The position numbers and the translations under genes were made by a program. Positions 62,652-64,000 of a DNA stretch of 64,000 bases are shown piece after piece. The stretch spans positions 1,581-65,580 of the forward strand of contig CAMUMB010000001.1 of assembly GCA_947089915.1 (NCBI GenBank). Reading direction: 5' to 3'. The stretch's first letter is position 1, and every line of letters begins with the position of its first letter. Under the pieces are notes generated by a model. It saw nothing but the letters and a program-made list of their open reading frames with translations. It had not been told where the DNA came from and ran no database searches. This stretch comes from an uncultured Bacillales bacterium. Lineage in GTDB: Bacteria; Bacillota_I; Bacilli_A; RF39; UBA660.

Positions 62652-63872
62652 CTAGATACGGAGAATTAAAGTTTGCGTATAAACTCCATCTATAATTTCT
62701 TCTTTTCGACTAAAATATTGTTGCGTCATTTCTTTTAATAATAATGATTTCTCATTGGGTTGTACATAATACAAGTTATTTTTTCCAATCGGATGGGTAA
62801 ATGAAAAATAAATATTTTTTTTATCATGATATCCATTAATATTTATTTGATTCTCATTTGTCTTTTCTAACAAATAAGTACTGTATTCAAACATGTGAAA
62901 TAAATAGCTAGCCAGTTCATTTAATTTTTTGCCCTCTATTGTTTGAAAAACTTTATCTTCTTCTTTAAAATCTATGCTCATACTGGTATGGATTTGTTTT
63001 TGTTGCAATTCATTTATTTTGTAGTAAAAGAGTCCCATTAAGCCACATTTTTGAAGTTTCTGAAGTTGTTCCCATAGATAACCATTGAGATTCGATATAT
63101 CTTCCCTCAATATTTTATCAAGATAGGATTGCCCCTTTTCCCCTTGGTCTTGTAACAAGCTTTGAAGCAGTAAAAGTTGATTTTGATATTTTCTCGCATT
63201 TTTCTCATACTGAAAAAAGGTATTTTCAAATTGTTTCACATCTTCCATTAGTCTTTGATAATCGTCTGATAATTTTTTATGTCTCATTCGCTCTTTTGCA
63301 TATTCGATTAAAAGAATACAAGAAACCAATATAAATAAATAACTGAAAAAAGAGAATGTTTTATTTTGAATATAAAATTGTATTACACTCAAAAGTAAGA
63401 TACTCATAAATACCATAAAGAACCATTTTTTATGTTGTAAATGTTCTAAATACTTTTGAAAAATATATTGAAGGGATAGAAGATGAAATAGAATAATAGA
63501 AAATAGAAAAATCAATAAATTGCCTATGCAATAAAATATTTCTGAGAAGCTCCATGGTAATGAAAACCATAAATTAAGGACCATTGTTACTGTAATTTCA
63601 GACACGACAATCGTGAAAAAGCTAAATAATACGGCGATTCCCGTTTGATAAATGGAGTACCTCCAAATTATTTTTGAAATAGCCCAAACAAATGTAATTT
63701 GTAGAAGAAACATTGGTTTCGCACTATATTGACAGAAAAAACTAACGATTACAAAAAAAATAAAGCAGAGCAAAAATTTATTATTATACGTTCTTACATT
63801 TAATATTTTAGAAACAAAATAAAATGGTAGAAAGCAACTCATGATAGTTGTTAGGATTCGAAAAATTATCAT
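62652..63872 (-). CDS. Polytopic membrane protein (6-7 TM) with C-terminal cytoplasmic coiled-coil domain. AgrC/sensor-like topology but no recognisable ATPase boxes
   Basis: 406 aa. ATGA overlap with upstream ORF. Confidence 0.4.
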   Translation of the reverse strand: MIIFRILTTIMSCFLPFYFVSKILNVRTYNNKFLLCFIFFVIVSFFCQYSAKPMFLLQITFVWAISKIIWRYSIYQTGIAVLFSFFTIVVSEITVTMVLNLWFSLPWSFSEIFYCIGNLLIFLFSIILFHLLSLQYIFQKYLEHLQHKKWFFMVFMSILLLSVIQFYIQNKTFSFFSYLFILVSCILLIEYAKERMRHKKLSDDYQRLMEDVKQFENTFFQYEKNARKYQNQLLLLQSLLQDQGEKGQSYLDKILREDISNLNGYLWEQLQKLQKCGLMGLFYYKINELQQKQIHTSMSIDFKEEDKVFQTIEGKKLNELASYLFHMFEYSTYLLEKTNENQININGYHDKKNIYFSFTHPIGKNNLYYVQPNEKSLLLKEMTQQYFSRKEEIIDGVYTQTLILRI

Positions 63873-64000
63873 TGTTCATCTCCTGATGATAGAATATGAA
63901 CTGCTTTTCGGAATCGTTCACAGGCTGCGTCTGACTTCATTTTTTCGTTTTTTAAATTCTCGTTTTCTGCTTTCAATTGGACATTTTTCGTATGTAACAT
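63869..64000 (-). CDS. 3' end of an ORF that continues beyond the window edge (..LKAENENLKNEKMKSDAACERFRKAVHILSSGDEQ*), translationally coupled to the downstream membrane protein
   Basis: Open frame to the window boundary. Stop TGA overlaps ATG 63872. Confidence 0.3.
   Translation of the reverse strand: MLHTKNVQLKAENENLKNEKMKSDAACERFRKAVHILSSGDEQ

Overview
This is a 64-kb window from a low-GC (about 28-30% G+C) Bacillota chromosome. Protein sequences suggest an Erysipelotrichia/Clostridia-like organism. Coding density is high and most genes lie on the minus strand. No rRNA, tRNA, CRISPR array, transposase or prophage signature was seen.

Recognisable core genes include:
- cell-division / cell-wall synthesis genes: ftsZ, ftsA, ftsQ/divIB, murB, murG, murE and a FemAB-family gene
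- tRNA-modification and rRNA-methylation genes: queA, miaA, mtaB and rsmE
- a ribosomal-protein/elongation-factor operon: rpsL, rpsG, fusA and tuf
- other housekeeping genes: ruvA-ruvB, recD2, secG, fmt, priA and eno
- regulatory and stress genes: a hybrid histidine kinase, and a ClpB that lacks the N-domain and sits behind a CIRCE (HrcA operator) element

These are interspersed with accessory genes: a dockerin protein, a cadherin-like surface protein, a CAP-domain protein, a membrane-anchored XRE regulator, a type IV pilin-like gene and tandem paralogues.

The most notable non-annotated structures are:
1. A roughly 390-bp unit duplicated in tandem between ftsQ and ftsA, with a third diverged copy between miaA and queA. 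Each unit pairs a sigma-A promoter driving a 25-29 codon hydrophobic peptide ORF with a convergent, near-consensus antisense promoter and a bidirectional terminator. This is the classic layout of a type I toxin/antisense-RNA module.
2. Two homologous promoter-leader cassettes, each carrying a G11-G12 homopolymer inside the 5' leader. Such runs are extreme in this AT-rich genome. One sits upstream of the pilin-like gene; the other sits upstream of a sigma-region-4-like gene that is itself interrupted by a +1/-1 frameshift at an A8 run. Together these suggest a slipped-strand, phase-variable regulon.
3. A MATE transporter interrupted by a single in-frame TAA and fused to a cytidylate-kinase-like domain.
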